The notes beneath the pieces are model-generated. The model was not told the origin of the DNA. It saw nothing but the letters and a program-made list of their open reading frames with translations, and ran no database searches. 64,000 bases of DNA, from NCBI GenBank assembly GCA_951406725.2, contig OX597815.1, positions 17,174,001-17,238,000 on the forward strand. The letters run 5' to 3'. Made by a program: the position numbers and the translations under genes. Source of the DNA: Octopus vulgaris. Taxonomy: Eukaryota. Each line of letters opens with the position of its first letter. Positions within the stretch are counted from its first letter, which is position 1. Below, one piece after another: positions 13,205 to 28,019 of this stretch.

Positions 13205-14094
13205 CACACACACACACACACAACACACACACACACACACACACACATACACACGCACACACACACATATGCACACACACATGCACACACACACACACAC
13301 AAGTGCGCGTATGCACACGCACACATACACACACATACACACAAATGCACACACGCACACACACACACACAAGTGCGCGTATGCACACGCACACATACAC
13401 ACACATATACACAAATGCACACACGCACACACACACAAGTGCGCGTATGCACACGCACACATACACACACATACACACAAATGCACGCACGCACACACAA
13501 AGATACACACACACACATACACATAGACACACACAAACACAGGTGCGCGTATGCACATGCCCACACATACACACAAATGCACGCGCACACACACAAACAC
13601 ACATACACAGACACACACACTCACAAGTGCGCGTATGCACACGCACACACATACACACAAATACACGCACACACAGAAAAGTATTTGTGTGCGTATATAT
13701 CTTGAAATATATGAATATTATATATATATATGTATATATATTTATCTGTGGGCATTTACACACACACACACATAAACACACACACACACAAACATACACA
13801 TAGACATACACACATACACACAAACATACACACACACACAAACATACACACACACACAAGTGCGCGTATGCACACGCACATACTTACACACAAATACACG
13901 CACACGCACACACACACACAAAAGTATTTGTGTGCGTATATATCTTGATATATATGAATATAATATATATATATGTGTATATATATATATATTTATCCGT
14001 GGGCATTTACACACACAAACACACACACATAAACACACACGCACACAGATATGTGTATATTTATATATGTTTGTAAGTGTGTATGTATGTATAT

Positions 14095-14132
<38 letters not shown>

Positions 14133-14790
14133 TTCCCTCTTTCTCTGTGTCCACCGGTGTGTGTGTATGTATGATTCTGTGCTTTTCTATCTCTCTGTGA
14201 GTGCTTCTGTCTGTGTGTCTGTCGTTCTTTATATCGAACTCCCTGTGTGTGTATGTGTGTCTACGTTTCTACACTTACATAACACACGCATACACATACA
14301 CACACAGGCACACACCCACTCTCACAGATTGCTTCCACTTTAATTTATATATGTGTGTGTATCATTTGTAAGTATGCGTATAAATGTATACATGTATTTG
14401 AGTGTTTATGTACGTAAACATGTACCGTGTAAGCATGTACACACACACGCACACACACACACACACATGCACACACACACACACATATGCACACACACAC
14501 ACACACAAGTGCGCGTATGCGCACGCACACATACACACACATACACACAAATACACGCACACACACACACACACAAGTGCGCGTATGCACACGCACACGC
14601 GTACACACAAATGCACGCACACACACATATGCACACACACACATGCACACACACACATAGACACGCACAAACACAAGTGCGCGTATTCACATGCACACAC
14701 ATACACACAAATACACACAAATACACACACACATACACACACGCGCGCACGTACACACACACACACACACACACATACGCACACACACAA
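13205..14790. repeat. CA-derived minisatellite field (~60-70 bp unit with core CAAGTGCGCGTATGCACACGCAC)
   Basis: Core recurs about 9 times; higher-order ~240 bp duplication at 13620-14040. Confidence 0.9.
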
Positions 14791-15152
14791 GACATTTTAT
14801 ATGGATCTAGCTAATTAATTATCCAACAGATCTTGTCTGACTATCTACTGTAGCAATATGGTCTATGAATTATTTGCTTCTCTCGCTAGCTTTCTCTTTC
14901 TATCCTTTCTATTGCCTTTCTCTCTTCCTCTATCTTCTCTCTGTCTTCCCATATATATACAAGATCCTCCCCCACACACACACACACACACACGTACGTA
15001 TACGCATACATATACACTAATGCTCTTATAGCTTTCTGGTTGAAAACGTTGCATGCATACTTATGTCGTGCATGCAAAGAAGTGTTTTGATTTAAAGATA
15101 TATAGGCTTGTATATCATCAATTCAAAATATAACCCACAAAAACACATTACA

Positions 15153-15228
<76 letters not shown>

Positions 15229-15231
15229 GCA

Positions 15232-15278
15232 AAAACTGTCTGATGAACGGCAACGAGAAACTCAGAGTAACAGATTTT
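15232..15278 (+). ncRNA. minimal type-I hammerhead ribozyme motif
   Basis: aaaactgt-CTGATGA-aCG GCAA CGa-GAAA-CTC a GAG-TA-acagatttt. Intact core boxes, helix I (AAAACTGT/ACAG-a-TTTT), GNRA-capped stem II, stem III ACTC/GAGT, GUA cleavage triplet. Confidence 0.8.
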
Positions 15279-15426
15279 GTTGAATTTTCTGCTGCTTAAA
15301 ATAAAGTATATATATATATATATATATATATTTCAACAATTGAGGGTAAAATTAATTAATTATTAATCAATTTCACCAAGTGTTCAGTATGCAAAGGGAC
15401 CATTTAAGGCGAATTCAAATTATTAC

Positions 15427-15636
15427 ATTATATAAAAGGGCTTAGTAAAATAAATTACTTTGCCGCATACTGAACTCATTAGAAATAGCAGCTAAAAAAC
15501 TTTTTTAAAGCTATTTCTAATACTTAAAGTATTAAAGATTTTCTTTAAGTATTAGAAATAGCTTTAAAAAAGTTTTTAGCTGCTATTTCTAATGAGTTCA
15601 GTATGCGGCAAAGTAATTTATTTTACTAAGCCTTTT

Positions 15637-15644
<8 letters not shown>
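15427..15644. repeat. near-perfect ~100 bp inverted repeat with a 13-nt spacer
   Basis: Arm 15427-15529 is the reverse complement of 15543-15644, with one substitution and one indel by eye. Confidence 0.95.
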
Positions 15645-15687
<43 letters not shown>

Positions 15688-15697
15688 TATATATAAA

Positions 15698-15875
15698 TAT
15701 TGGTTTCACATTTTGGCACAAGGCAAGCAATTTCGAGCAAGAAGGTAAATCAATTTCCTCGACACCAGTGCTCAACTGGTACTTATTTTCTCGACACCGA
15801 AAGGACGAAAGGCAAAATCGACTTGACCTCGGCGGAATTTGAACTCAGAACAGAAAGACGAACAAAATACAGCTC
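15698..15875 (-). mobile_element. older SINE-A subfamily fragment
   Basis: GACCTCGGCGGAATTTGAACTCAGAAC body with the alternative (older) tail. Confidence 0.75.
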
Positions 15876-16062
15876 AGTATTTTGGCAGAAATTTCGATCC
15901 TTGAATTTGTTTTCTCTGATAAGACTAATAACAGCTCTGGGTGGATACTAATGCCTACAAGGTGCCTGTTCATAATAAAACTAATAAATAAGAATAACAC
16001 TCAAGCATACTGCGTCATAAATGGTGGGCGTAGTAGCTAAATATAATACACCAGATAAAAGA

Positions 16063-16450
16063 ATGGAAGCACTCCGTCGGTTACGACGATGAGGGTTCCG
16101 GTTGATCCGAATCAACGGAACAGCCTGCTCGTGGAATTAACGTGCAAGTGGCTGAGCACTCCACAGACACGTGTACCCTTAACGTAGTTCTCGGGGATAT
16201 TCAGCGTGACACAGAGAGTGACAAGGCCGGCCCCTTGAAATACAGGTACGACAGAAACAGGAAGAAAGAGTGAGAGAAATTTGTGGTGAAAGAGTACAGC
16301 AGGGATCACCACCATCCCCTGCCGGAGCCTCGTGGAGCTTTTAGGTGTTTTCGCTCAATAAACACTCACAACGCCCGGTCTGGGAATCGAAACCGCGATC
16401 CTACGACCGCGAGTCCGCTGCCCTAACCACTGGGCCATTGCGCCTCCACT
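16063..16450 (-). mobile_element. SINE-C (head + M1 + tail X), full length
   Basis: tRNA-like head with GGTTTCGATTCCC; ~22-bp imperfect TSD ATAATA(C/A)ACCAGATAAAAGAAT; near-identical to 58785-59170. Confidence 0.92.
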
Positions 16451-16916
16451 AAGGATAATAAACCAGATAAAAGAATAGAATGTCGTTAATAGATCACAAA
16501 GTAGACTTCGATTACTGACCTACTTGCAGGCTAATAAACCTGACGGAGAATAATATATATTGAAAACAAGAATATCTCCATAAAAAAAAATATTAACATT
16601 AGGAATAAAATTAGATCTAAAATTGGACTCATAGTAGGGCAGTTAACAACTGGCTTAATAATAAAACCGGGTAAATTCACTTGGTTTGATATAGATTTCT
16701 TTCTCTTGGTATTTCGATCTCTTCCGAAAACGTCTTCGTGTTCGACCCAAAATACGGTGGTATGTATATAAAATCAATTTACATATAATCATAGACACAC
16801 GTAAAACTGTACTAGTTGATTAAAAATCGACCTTGAAAATATCAGAACCCGCAGGTCCTTTGACACCAGTATGGGTTGAAATGCTAGATATATGTGATCT
16901 GGTTGGCCTATATATA

Positions 16917-16974
<58 letters not shown>

Positions 16975-17739
16975 TGGACATGTTAAAATGTTTAGCCTGT
17001 AAGCTCATCGTCCAACATTAGCTTGTGTCCGGATCAAAGAAGCCAGATATCTTTAAGAAAGAAATATAACTCATGAACACCTCCAGTAGTTTAAAAATAA
17101 AAAATTGTATAGCTACTAATCATAAGGCTTTTTAAATATCACACTTAGCTTACAATCAGACACATACTAGCCCTGTCCTTCCACGAAACTAAATAAAACC
17201 TAAGGTGTATAAACAAGCGCACTTGCGACTCGGTAATTTAATACCAGGTTATAATTGGAATTTCCCACATGCTCTCCTGTACAGGAATCTTTAATAAGAC
17301 CGTCTATCTTTAAAGGTTAAGAGAAGTGTAGTTGAGTAATTCCTGATCCTTATAGACAAGTGTATTCAGGTAATAGGAAAACATTCAGTAGAGACTGTTT
17401 TAAAATTAGCTATATCTGCGTTTCCAGTATGAAGACACCACCAGCAAAGGGACCAAACACAGATTTCCAGGTTGTTCGTGAATGAGGCTAAAAATAGACA
17501 TGCTACCTTGAGTCTGTCATGCGTGAAACTACAATTCACTCAACCATACTACATAAACCAGTCGAGGAAAAGCACCACATAGGCATACTTGGAATTTATT
17601 AAAGCATGCGTTTGTTAACCATAACGTGCCCTTCAAAGAAGTGTACTCGCACGTGTACACTTCAAAGAAGTGTACTCCACTGACCTGTCTTATTTGGAAA
17701 ATGAAAGAGCTCAACGGGGATTATTGTCTCAATAGGAAA

Positions 17740-17980
17740 TGTTTCTTTATTAGTCACACAGGGCTGCACACAGACGGGACAGATTACATAGTAGAGCTTT
17801 TCTTTTTGGAGAGAAAAAAAAAGTGGGGCAGGTTTTCGATCAAAAGGGATCGTAAAAGGGAAAGAAAAAAAAGATCAATAGGGTTCGTGTATCACAGAAA
17901 TGTCATGATGTAAAGTGTAAAGGGGGAAGCAGATAAGTTTTATCCGTGGAAAGAAAAGCCTACGGAAAAGACCACGGTAA
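17740..17980 (-). mobile_element. 3' UTR fragment of a non-LTR retroelement (same family as 2401-2569)
   Basis: Reverse complement matches 2401-2569, including the AATAAAGAAACA terminus. Confidence 0.7.
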
Positions 17981-18146
17981 TCTCGATCAATAATGTCACA
18001 TGTTAACACATTTGTTTGCAAGTAAGTAACCCTCTGTTGGCAAACGTAAAATGGGGACAAGAAATACTAGTTAAGTAGAACAAAGCAAACGCACATATTA
18101 AGCAAGTTATAAAAATCTATCGTACCTAATAGAGATTTATAAAAAA

Positions 18147-18544
18147 CTAGCAGTATCGCCCGGCGTTGCTCGGGTTTGTAAGGGAAATAACTATATAAGC
18201 ATTTTTAGAGAGTTATAGCCAAAAAATAGCAAAAAAATGCATTAAAAATGGAAAACAAAATGATGGTAAATTTTTTTTTAAATCGTCGACTCATCGTAGA
18301 CATTTTTAGAGAGTTACTTCCCTTATATAATAGCGAAAAAATGCATTAAAATGGAAAAAATGATGGTAAATTTTTTTTTAAATCGTAGACTCATCGTAGA
18401 CGCGCGCTAATACCCAGAAGGGCTCGATATGAATCACGACTATAAGATACCCGGTTTTGGTTAAACTGCACCGCAAAATGTGGGAGTAGTTAGGAATCTA
18501 AATCGTAGGAGACAGACACACAACTCGACTTTTATATATAAAGA
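18147..18544 (-). mobile_element. non-autonomous Helitron
   Basis: Minus strand: A|TCTTTATATATAAAAG...CCCGAGCAACGCCGGG (subterminal hairpin) CGATACTGCTAG|T. 5'-TC, 3'-CTAG, inserted between A and T, no TSD; internal ~95 bp tandem duplication. Confidence 0.88.
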
Positions 18545-18981
18545 TATTAGTGAAGTGAAAAAATTTAAAATCTGTTAAATAACAGGGTTTCTTTAATAGG
18601 TGGACTTCTTTACTTGGTGCTCACACTGATAAATTCTTTCTTGCCTATTGGAAAAATTTTCTTCTTTAGTAGGTTAACATTTTGCAGTGTTCACTCGACA
18701 CCTTCTTCATATGTCAATCAATACAGATGCATTACACATTTTTATATAAACAAGATATCACATTTAAAGCGTATTTGACACTTCGAAAACCTCTTTCGAC
18801 AGATGCATAACTATGAGATTTCCCAGCTCATACTCATACGCTATTTACTACTATATTACATTGACAATCACATTACTCATACCCATTATATAAACAGGAC
18901 TACACAGAAAGAAATTATCTCATGCATATAGTATATTACCACAAAACAGGCACAAAAAAAATATTTTTTTAAACAAATTAA

Positions 18982-19405
18982 ATAATAATAATAATAATAA
19001 CAATAATAATGAAATTATTGTATACAGTGCTCAGGTGCACCACAACTTGTCAAAAGTGCGTATAAAGCATATGCAGTAATGTACAAATGTCTGGGAAGTG
19101 AACAGTGTATGAGTCAGATACATGCTTGCATGTGTATGGAGGGGAGAAAATCAGGTGTAGTGTTGGGGAATCTCAGGAAGCATGGAAGTTTTGAAGGATG
19201 CAGTGCTCAGACAACTAACAACTGATGCTGGCAGTTTGTTCCATGCTTCAGCGACTCTTAGCGTGAAAAAATGTTTCCGAAAGTCATGGGAGCTGTGCTA
19301 TTTTCTCACTTTGTAAACATGTCCACGGGTGTTAGATAGGTGGAGTTTGAAAAGGTGCTCAGAGTTATTATTTGTAAGATGGTTAATGATTTTATGGGTA
19401 TCTGA
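18982..19405 (-). mobile_element. 5'-truncated CR1-clade LINE (RT C-terminus + 3' UTR + (ATT)n tail)
   Basis: Minus translation NTRGHVYKVRK*HSSHDFRKHFFTLRVAEAWNKLPASVVSCLSTASFK matches the CR1 C-terminal signature TRGH..K...R..FF..RV...WN.LP..VV.....FK. Confidence 0.9.
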
Positions 19406-20544
19406 TAACATCCTTTCCGAATAGCGCTTTATATTAAACGGTATTTCAAAAAACCATAACTAACTTTTACTAAATAAAATCACATTCAATCTATTGAGTG
19501 ATATTAATAGAATGATGGCTCTCCGTTCAAAATGTTGAATTTTCTCAACAGAGTAATTAACTTGATTTTTCCTGAAGGATGTGAGGCTGGCTATTCTAAT
19601 TTATCCTATAAGTGAGTTCAAACCACGGCCTAAATATGAAACAGTAAATGTATACTTAATGTAATGTGTAAAGAATACTAAACCTCACATTCACCCATAT
19701 ATATACACACACAAATAATACATACATACACATATACATACATATATACATACTCACATATATATATACGTGCACGCACACACACACAGTCACACATATA
19801 CACACACACAAATATAAAGATAGATAGATTGATAAATAGATTTATATATATATAAAAAAAGGTGGATATAGGAATCCCTGATTATGCAGAAGCTCGAGAG
19901 TTAATTGATTCCATTGCTTTAAATTTATTGGTTATAAGTTCATTTATTTTCAATGTGGCATATATCGAGATGTTGGCGGATTGTTGCACGCCGTACAGTT
20001 AGATAATTTCAGAAAAAAATTCAGTGTGTTGAATAATAATTTACACATAAATATACAAACTTATACACCTTTGATTTCTTACATATCACCTTAAAGATAA
20101 AAACCAATAAATACTATCCATATAGGAAACAAAATTAAAAGTTACAGTTCAGAAAAAAACTCGTTTCTATCCACCCGTCCGTAAATATAAATAATTTAGT
20201 GAAAATTGTAAGTAAACGGTTATTTAGTTTTTTTCGGTTGATAAATCATTTATGAAGAAGAAAGCGATCCAGTATTATAACGGAGCGTGAAAAGAGTGCT
20301 TTTAAGAATAAGATTAACAGTATTAATTCCCAAACACGGAAATAGAAAATGTAAAACTATTTGGTTTTTCTTCCGTTCATATTTAATTCGAGTAACAGTA
20401 TCGCTAACAAATTATTTGGTATAGCAAATCTATGTTTTGCGAAAAAATAGATACTACTGAATTTTAATGCTTTTCAGCTGTACACACGCACAGATATACA
20501 TACATACACGCATACATACATATATACATATATACTCCATTTTC

Positions 20545-20674
20545 TTGTTGCTGTTGCTGCTGTTGTTGTTGTTGTTGTTGTTGTTGTTCTTCTTCTTCTT
20601 CTTCTTCTTCTTCTTCTTCTTCTTCTTCTTCTTCTTCTTCTTCTTCTTCTTCTTCTTCTTCTTCTTCTTCTTCT
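20545..20674. repeat. (GTT)n-(CTT)n trinucleotide tract
   Basis: Direct reading; source of the poly-E/Q and poly-R pseudo-ORFs. Confidence 0.97.
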
Positions 20675-21058
20675 TGAGTGAGAGCAGTGCATGCCATCAA
20701 AGTGACACTGGTGTGTAAAATATACGAAGCCCAGTATATCCATCATGACTACCCGTCTGATAAAGGTACACCAGGCACATGCATCACAACCATATGTGCG
20801 CGACATGGTGATCTCATATCAAGATAAACAGCACATGACCTTGCAGGTGGGGCTCAGTTAGAATTTTCTTCTGGTCGAGTAGCCCATCCCGCTCAAAAGG
20901 TCCCTGAATAAGAGTTGTTTAAGGATGTTGAACGAGACACCATGTTTCCAAAAGTGAACTATTCAAACCCCAAATAATTCCTCCCAACACATGGCTATGA
21001 TGTTCCTCCATTACTTCTGCTCGTGATCAGAAATGCACATATCGTCAGCCACTAAGGA
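20675..21058 (-). mobile_element. probable retroelement 3' fragment ending in an (AAG)n tail
   Basis: Higher-complexity, less AT-rich block abutting the trinucleotide tract. No second copy in the window. Confidence 0.4.
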
Positions 21059-21900
21059 CTACCATTAAGCTTCTTCCATCCTGGTCTCTCCTCAAGTACA
21101 CCCCGTTGTTACAGCTTTCGGATGGTGGGCTCCATACATGGTCAACAACTTTCTAGTTATTCTGTCAAGTTATTTTTGTATCGTTTTTGGTTCAGTCTAT
21201 AATTCAAACTCCATATCTGATTAATGGTACCGCTCTTGAATTTATTGCTTTAATAAGAGTTTTTAAATTCAGCCGTCAACATCCACACTGTGGTGGTCTT
21301 GAGATGCCGTCCTTGAGACTATCATACCTACAGAAATAACTAAATCACTGTGATGGTGTGAATAAAGGCGACGAAAATAAGGGCGAACTGGTGCGGGTGT
21401 CCTTCGTGCGATACGCTTTTTAGTAGCATATCTCATTGACAGAAGCAACAGTCATGGATAAAATGCTGACCAAGGTTGGGCGTTGGCATCTAGAATGTTG
21501 CCAGGAGCTCACTGTATAGTACCAGCTGCACAAAACCGTTAGCGGGGAAAACAACCCAAGATTTCGATAGAAGTTGAGGATATGAGCGATGATGGTCTAG
21601 GGCTGAATCTAGGCTTCGATGAGAACAACCCGAGTAGTCTCTTCCGGAAGATCTTCTGGTCGAAGATCGTGGACAGTTTCTAAAGTCTTTGGCATGGCAG
21701 TGCTACAGAGGGGCATTGCCAGTTCGAGGCAAGCTCTTCAGGCATAGAAGAGCCAGCAGCCGAACCTGCCCGAGATGCTTGCTAGGAGACGAAACTGCCC
21801 TGCGTGCAATAATTCTGTGCCCGTGCATTAGAGAGTTGTGGGATTGTGTGGGACTGCTGATACTATAGTGAAGATCGACACACCATGTGTTTATGCATAT

Positions 21901-23290
<1,390 letters not shown>

Positions 23291-23468
23291 TATGCATACA
23301 TTAGATCACATCATATGATGTCATTTATTATGCAATCGTATTGAGTCTTACGGTGCTTGAAGCTGAATTCCTACTTAAGAGACCGTGTGAATAGAAGCAC
23401 GGGTATCATATTGTTTCTGTAAGACGCTTTTCAAACGCCATACCGGAGTTATCGTCTCTTCGTCCTAT

Positions 23469-23687
23469 CTGAGAGAGAGAGACAGAGAGAGACAGAGAGA
23501 GAGAGAGAGACAGAGAAAGAGAGAGACAGAGAGACAGAGAGACAGAGAGACAGAGAGACAGAGAGAGAGAAAGAGATAGAGAAAGAGAGACAGAGAGAGA
23601 CAGAGAAAGAGAGACAGAGAGATAGAGATAGAGAAAGAGAGACAGAGAGACAGAGAGACAGAGAAAGAGAGACAGAGAGAGACAGAG

Positions 23688-23735
<48 letters not shown>

Positions 23736-23760
23736 CCAGAGAGAGAGAGACAGAGAAAGA

Positions 23761-23794
<34 letters not shown>

Positions 23795-23870
23795 ATCGAA
23801 GAGAGATGGAGAGAAACGAAGAGCGAGAAAGAAAAGACAGAAAGAGAGACAGAGGGAGACAGTGACAGAG
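23469..23870. repeat. (GA)n/(GAGACA)n polypurine-rich tract
   Basis: Direct reading. Confidence 0.95.
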
Positions 23871-25590
23871 AATTCGTGTTTCCAATTCTTCGATCTGTCT
23901 ATCATTACATCGATCTCTGAAAATGCATACATGAAGTTTCTCACTGACACCATTCGTTATCCGAATCTATGTCTAGTTCTACTTCATGCTACTCTGTCGT
24001 CAATACCTTACTTTTCAACTTCATAATATCCTTTCTGTAATACATTCCTCGCATCTGAGACTGACTTCCGTCTGTTGTTCGCTTGTCTATTGATTTTATT
24101 TTAAAAGTTTAATCTTACAGCTCCCGCTCCCGCCTCTCTCTCTGTTTTAGTTCTTGAAATCTAGTTTGAAACTCGTATTGTCTGTCAGTGGAACTAAAGT
24201 ATTAAACAGATAGACGCAGGAGAAAAGGCATGAGAGAGAAAGGAAAAGCGAAAGAAATGGATAAGAAACGGAATGAAAGAATTACTCGAGATATAAGAAT
24301 GTGAAATTGAGATTCTCTATCCTGAAAAAAGAAAAAAAAAAACTGGTTCCACGTCATTTTTCTTCTGTAATACCTAGGGCGAGATCAAATATCTATCAAA
24401 GCTATGATAGGAAAACACGATCTGTTTTCTGTTTTCATGCCTTTCTACGCGGGATTTAGTTGAAGGTAAGCTTTCTTTATTTCTGCTTTTCTGTCGAACG
24501 TTTATTAGATACTATTTCATCAATGTTAAGTGCCTCAATAAAAGATTGGAGATCCCAGTTCGAAGAAAGTATTTTGCTCTCTTAATCTTTTGATTTCAGT
24601 TAATCAACAAGTCGTGTATCTATTTGGAATTGTCATTAATTGAATGAAATAAAGAATTTGTCTCTTAACGCCGTGTTGAACAGATATGTTCGCTCCACCG
24701 AACGAGTGGTGTGGTGTGGTACATGTGTGTGTAGAGCATTGGCCATTAAATCAGACAGGTTTGGTTGTGTGGTTAAGAATTCGCTTCACAATTACGAGCT
24801 ACAATGTTTGATTCCACTGCATAACGTCTTCAGTTTGTGTTTTTTTTTTTTTTTTTTTTTGCTGTAGTCTTGGTTTGACCAAAGCCTTGCAAAGGAAATT
24901 AGGTACACGGAAAGAGCGGAAAACCGTTGCTCTGTACTTTGGGATAGTTTGGCCGGTTTAACACTGCGACCTAATACTTTAGTGTCTACAGCAGAGGTTA
25001 CTCTGTTGCAAGCATTTGGATATATAATAAGTGGATAGCATTATGATTCCTACCGCAGTAACTTATGAGTGCAAAGTTTTCTATATATTATTCCCCCATC
25101 AGGACCGGACGTCACACACAAAGGCCATGGGTGCTACCTTTACTGCAAAAAGGTACCGTCTTAAAAAAGATAAAAACGAAGGGTACATTAATATATTTCT
25201 AGATATTCCTTAAGTTACAGAATGGTCATGCTGAAACTATTTTCATCATAGGTCCGTTTAGTTAGAACAGACCTGGCTCTGAGCCGCAACAACAAAATCA
25301 ACAACTACAAGGACAACAGCAATTTTTACATGAAACATAACAAGTGGAAACATAACAAGAGGAATACATTATAACGAGTGCACATGACATGTGTGTGTGT
25401 GTGTGTTTATATTTATAAGTAAAACCGTGATAATATATGAGTTTACCCGCGAAAAATAACAACTCAATCTAATTAAGCCACGTGTTACCATTTTCAGAAA
25501 CGGAAACATTCGATAAAGTCTGGGAAAATATGATGGGCTGTTTATGGTTGGAACACCTAGATGCGGACTGAACCGGGGATAAACAACATC

Positions 25591-25822
25591 TCTTTACTCT
25601 TTACTCTTTTACTTGTTTCAGTCATTTGACTGCGGCCATGCTGGAGCACCGCCTTTAATCGAGCAACTCGACCCCGGGACTTATTCTTTTTTGTAAGATC
25701 AGTACTTATTCTATCGGTCTCTTTTGCCGAACCGCTAAGTGACGGGGACATAAACACCAGCATCAGTTGTCAAGCAATGCTAGGGGGACAAACACAGACA
25801 CACAAACATATATACACACACA

Positions 25823-25901
<79 letters not shown>

Positions 25902-26077
25902 GACACATACATATATACGACGCTTCTTTCACATTCCGTCTACCAAATCCACTCTCAAGGCTTTGGTCGGCCCGAGGCTATTGTAGAAGACACTTGCACA
26001 AGGTGCCACGCAATGGGACTGAACCCGGAACCATGTGGCTGGTAAACAAGCTACTTACCACACAGCCACTCATGCGC
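25591..26077 (-). mobile_element. SINE-B copy
   Basis: Matches 7028-7514. Confidence 0.9.
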
Positions 26078-27279
26078 ACATCAGCAATATTACCGGTTGG
26101 ATCTTGAGAATGTTCAATTTCTGTGTTAATGGGAAATATTTTTGCTCTCAGCATTACACAAATTACCAGTATAGTAAAGCTTGCTTCCCATCAAACTGGC
26201 TTTGCACAGATGTCACCCAGATCCCCCTTTCCGTCTGCAGCCAGAATTAATTTTCTCTCTTCAAACTTTAATCCGTCACTGTCTAAATTCTCCAATCCTT
26301 TTTCATTAAACGCACAATCTCACCACATTCACGCACACCCCTTACCTTCCCATGGGCCTCCACTTCTACACCACACGCACCAACTACACCATTTAACACA
26401 TCACCCAATGGTATACCACTCCATTTACATTTATACAACATTTACATGCATGTACACACACGCACATTACACACCCCTTCTTCCTACTCCACTCCCACTA
26501 GCACACGATCTTTCATATCCAAATTTCACACTTTCACACAAGTACCAAATATATAATCACGTAGCTACACTTCCCAACATCTATCACTTTTGTCACCTCT
26601 ATTCTACCTAACACCTGTATCTAATGAGACATCCTAAAACCTCACACACGCACATACACGCACACGTCAGATAAGCTTATACATACATATGCGCGCCCTA
26701 CACACGTATTCCCGCGCACAAAGACACAAAGTTATATATGCACATATCAACTTCAGACACATAACCTTCGATTGTCCAATAGCCTTCCTCAGTCGGACGC
26801 ACAGACTGAGAATAGAAACACAAACATACGCTCACACGCTGAAACACAACCTCATTATACTCGTACACAGTAATTTCATACACGTGTATGTCCGGTAGCC
26901 TCCTATTCGCATACATAAACAAAAAGGTAAGACCACATACATGTGTATGTGCAGATGCACAAACGCATATAGTTTACATACAGTTAATATGTACACAATA
27001 GATTTACACAGATACTCACACCATTTGCACACATACCTAGGATAGCAGTACACACTCACACATACGCACGCATTAGCTTCATACAAACACACTTAATTGT
27101 TCATACTTCGGCCGCTTTTACCAATCAGTTTTGCACTGGTTATAAGATAGCCGTGCTGTTATCTAATAACCGGTTAAGTACATCACGTGCTTTTCAGAGA
27201 TGGCTCGTATGTAGAAAAACTAGTTTTCTGACTTATGGATTCATAGCCAATTATACATACATACGAACGCACATGCATA

Positions 27280-27978
27280 CAATGGCCAGCATATCAAAAA
27301 GTACCTTTAAAGGTTAAATCTATAAACAATTCATAATCAAGGGCAAACGAAAAAATTTCTAATGCCAGATATGCCGAAAAATTGGACATATTGTCCATTA
27401 ACCATATCATTTTTTCACAATATGCACGCTACTCGAAAAAAGGTCGGCAGAAATTTCTTCGTTTGCCCTTAATTATGAATTGTTTATAGATTTAACCTTT
27501 AAATGTACTTTTTGATATGCTGGCCATTGATAAAATTTTTTTGGAAAAGAATGTTTTTTTCGAAAAAAAAATTTTAACCTACATTAGATATAAATTTAAG
27601 CGTTCACTTCCGGACTCTTTCACTCTGTGAGAGCATTAGTTCAAATCACACGTGTCTCGAATGGGCTGGAGTATTTCTATTTTGGATGTATTTGGGGTAC
27701 TTAATTGTACTCATGACTTAGTGTTCGCTTCTTCCATGGGTATGAGTAAGTATCTCATTTATTTCTTTTTGCCACATGTATCACTGACGAAGGGAGGACT
27801 GTTATAAGCTAACTCTGAAATCGGTCCGATATGGTAATAATGGAATGTTTTAGAAATTTCTGTCGACGCTTTTTCGAGTAGCGTGCATATTATGAAAAAA
27901 TTATATGGTTAATTGACAATATGTCCAATTTTTCGGCATATCTGGCATTAGAAATTTTTTCGTTTGCCCTTAATTATG

Positions 27979-27982
<4 letters not shown>
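27280..27982 (+). mobile_element. Penelope-like pseudo-LTR fragment with inverted duplicated ends and a hammerhead motif
   Basis: 27281-27350 is inverted against 27458-27529, and 27328-27458 against 27851-27982. Hammerhead-like motif at 27772-27834; ends at (TA)n. Confidence 0.7.
27772..27834 (+). ncRNA. minimal type-I hammerhead-like motif
   Basis: catgtatca-CTGACGA-aGGGAG..CTCT-GAAA-TCGGTC-cgatatg; GUC triplet, imperfect helix I. Confidence 0.6.
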
Positions 27983-28017
<35 letters not shown>

Positions 28018-28019
28018 TA

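Noticed and set aside
13113-14818. Long His/Thr and Cys/Val ORFs
   Set aside because: Translations of CA/TG repeats, open in most frames on both strands.
16375-16450. tRNA gene
   Set aside because: The tRNA-like head continues into a SINE body with TSDs and lacks a proper acceptor stem; the same holds for the other heads.
20464-20806. Poly-E/Q and poly-R ORFs
   Set aside because: Trinucleotide microsatellite.
21700-21760. Hammerhead-like CTGAAGA...GAAC on the minus strand
   Set aside because: No GAAA box, convincing stem II or cleavage triplet.
26123-26611. 162 aa His-rich ORF
   Set aside because: Non-ATG start, decayed CA-rich composition, no recognisable domain.
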